A stretch of DNA of 64,000 nt from Candidatus Eremiobacteria bacterium (GTDB lineage Bacteria > Vulcanimicrobiota > Vulcanimicrobiia > Vulcanimicrobiales > Vulcanimicrobiaceae): NCBI GenBank assembly GCA_963758295.1, contig CAVWUU010000001.1, positions 807,863 to 871,862 on the forward strand. Direction: 5' to 3'. The notes beneath the pieces were generated by a model. That model was not told the DNA's origin. It searched no databases and saw nothing but the letters and a program-made list of their open reading frames with translations. Position numbers and translations under genes: made by a program. Every line of letters begins with the position of its first letter. Positions within the stretch are counted from its first letter, which is position 1. This document shows positions 62,690-64,000 of this stretch, in pieces.

Positions 62690-63823
62690 GTGAAGTTTTG
62701 GGTTAACGCAATTCTCGTCGCGGTGAACGTGACGTTCGCGTGGCGTAGTATGCTGATTGCGCTTAAGTCGCGGCGTTATAGGCTACCTCTGGTCCTTCGA
62801 CACGCTCATGACGAGGGAAGCGTGTCCGCAATCGTGCCGGCAAGAAACGAAGAACGACAAATTCAAACGTGCGTCCGGTCGTTGTTGAAGCAGCGGTACG
62901 AAAGCCTTGAAGTAATCGTCGTTGACGATCGCTCGGAAGATGCGACGGCCGAAATCGTGCAGAAGATCGCATGCGAAGACCGGTGCTTGAACCTAATAGC
63001 CGGCGAACCATTGCCGCAGGGATGGGTTGGAAAACCGTGGGCGTTGCAGCAAGGAGCGGCGCAGGCGAAAGGGCAGTGGCTGCTCTTTACGGATGCGGAC
63101 ACGGAACACGAACCCGATGCAACGGCAGCAGCAGTCGCGTATGCGCGAGAGAACGCAATCGACGTGTTGAGCCTCTTGACGGACCAGGTAACGGTGACGG
63201 CGGCGGAGCGGCTGTTGCTGCCGTCGATCCTATGGACCATCATCTTTGCGACCGGATCGCTCGCCGCTATCAATGATCCGAAAAGCGACGCCGCCCTGTT
63301 CAACGGCCAGTACATTCTAATGTCCCGTGAAGTGCACGACGCGATCGGCGGCCATGCCTTGGTGAAAGGCGAGATCGCTGAAGACCTCGAGCTGTGCCGC
63401 CGCCTGAAAGCCGGCGGCCGCTTCCGAGTGGCTTTAGTGGCCGCGCCCGCTCTCGTTCGCACGCGCATGTACCGGTCGTTCGGCGAAATTTGGAACGGCT
63501 TCATAAAAAACTTTGCCATCGGCGCGCGCGGCCGCACGGTCCAGGCAACGCTCGGAATAGCGTTCTTTGCCGCAATCGCACCCGTTACGCCGGTCGCATT
63601 TGCCGTTGCTTTAGCGCGGCAGTGGTGGGGCAGCGCGGCGCTAGCCGGCGGTTCGATGGCGCTCTCGATGGGCGCTGCCGAGTTCGCAATGCGGCAGTCG
63701 CGCTTTCGTCCGGGCTCGGGGTTAGCATTGCCGCTCGGGATCACCGCGATGGTCGCCATATTCTGTGCGTCGGTCGTGCAACACGCAAGGGGAGGGGTCA
63801 CCTGGCGGGGACGGCGGTACTAG
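62690..63823 (+). CDS. Glycosyltransferase family 2 (CrtQ/CruC/HpnB-like)
   Basis: IVPARNEE, VVDDRSED, GWVGKPWA, LFTDAD, FNGQY, AEDL, RMY and VTWRGR. Confidence 0.85.
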   Translation: MKFWVNAILVAVNVTFAWRSMLIALKSRRYRLPLVLRHAHDEGSVSAIVPARNEERQIQTCVRSLLKQRYESLEVIVVDDRSEDATAEIVQKIACEDRCLNLIAGEPLPQGWVGKPWALQQGAAQAKGQWLLFTDADTEHEPDATAAAVAYARENAIDVLSLLTDQVTVTAAERLLLPSILWTIIFATGSLAAINDPKSDAALFNGQYILMSREVHDAIGGHALVKGEIAEDLELCRRLKAGGRFRVALVAAPALVRTRMYRSFGEIWNGFIKNFAIGARGRTVQATLGIAFFAAIAPVTPVAFAVALARQWWGSAALAGGSMALSMGAAEFAMRQSRFRPGSGLALPLGITAMVAIFCASVVQHARGGVTWRGRRY

Positions 63824-63844
63824 TTATTAAATCTAATAAGCCCT

Positions 63845-64000
63845 ATGGAATCGCCAACGACCGAAACCCGAGCAACGATGGACGAAATCACTGCGCTCGC
63901 TAAGCGCCGTGGCTTCATTTTTCAGTCCAGTGAAATCTATGGCGGCATCAACGGCTTCTGGGATTACGGTCCACTTGGCGCGATTCTAAAGCGCAACGTC
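63845..64000 (+). CDS. glyQS: Glycine--tRNA ligase (alpha2 type), 5' fragment
   Basis: [34 protein letters not shown]. Confidence 0.92.
   Translation, partial: MESPTTETRATMDEITALAKRRGFIFQSSEIYGGINGFWDYGPLGAILKRNV

Overview
GC-rich bacterial chromosomal window, mostly housekeeping genes: dnaK-grpE-dnaJ, htrA, rnj, ftsK, futalosine-pathway mqnE/A/C, mnmA, rodZ-like, yajQ, rimO, secA, prfB with its programmed +1 frameshift, udg, rlmN and the start of an alpha2-type glycyl-tRNA synthetase. The TolC, usher and GT9 genes point to a diderm. Gene order and protein style suggest a Terrabacteria-type lineage such as Ca. Eremiobacterota (inference only). The accessory highlights are: (1) a ~1.16-kb hierarchical array built from a REP-like palindrome (2885-4049), not a CRISPR, with dispersed copies between dnaK and grpE and after secA; (2) next to it, a LuxR-type regulator divergent from a complete Csu/spore-coat-U chaperone-usher pilus operon; (3) a pair of paralogous tandem-PilZ genes sharing an unusual insert; (4) a GAF-multi-PAS protein with no recognisable output domain; (5) three genes between secA and prfB, one encoding a harpin-like protein with a VWD-type GDPH motif; (6) a dense cluster of frameshifts at ~43.2-49.5 kb that most likely reflects sequence errors. 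No tRNA, rRNA, transposase, integrase or cas gene was recognised.
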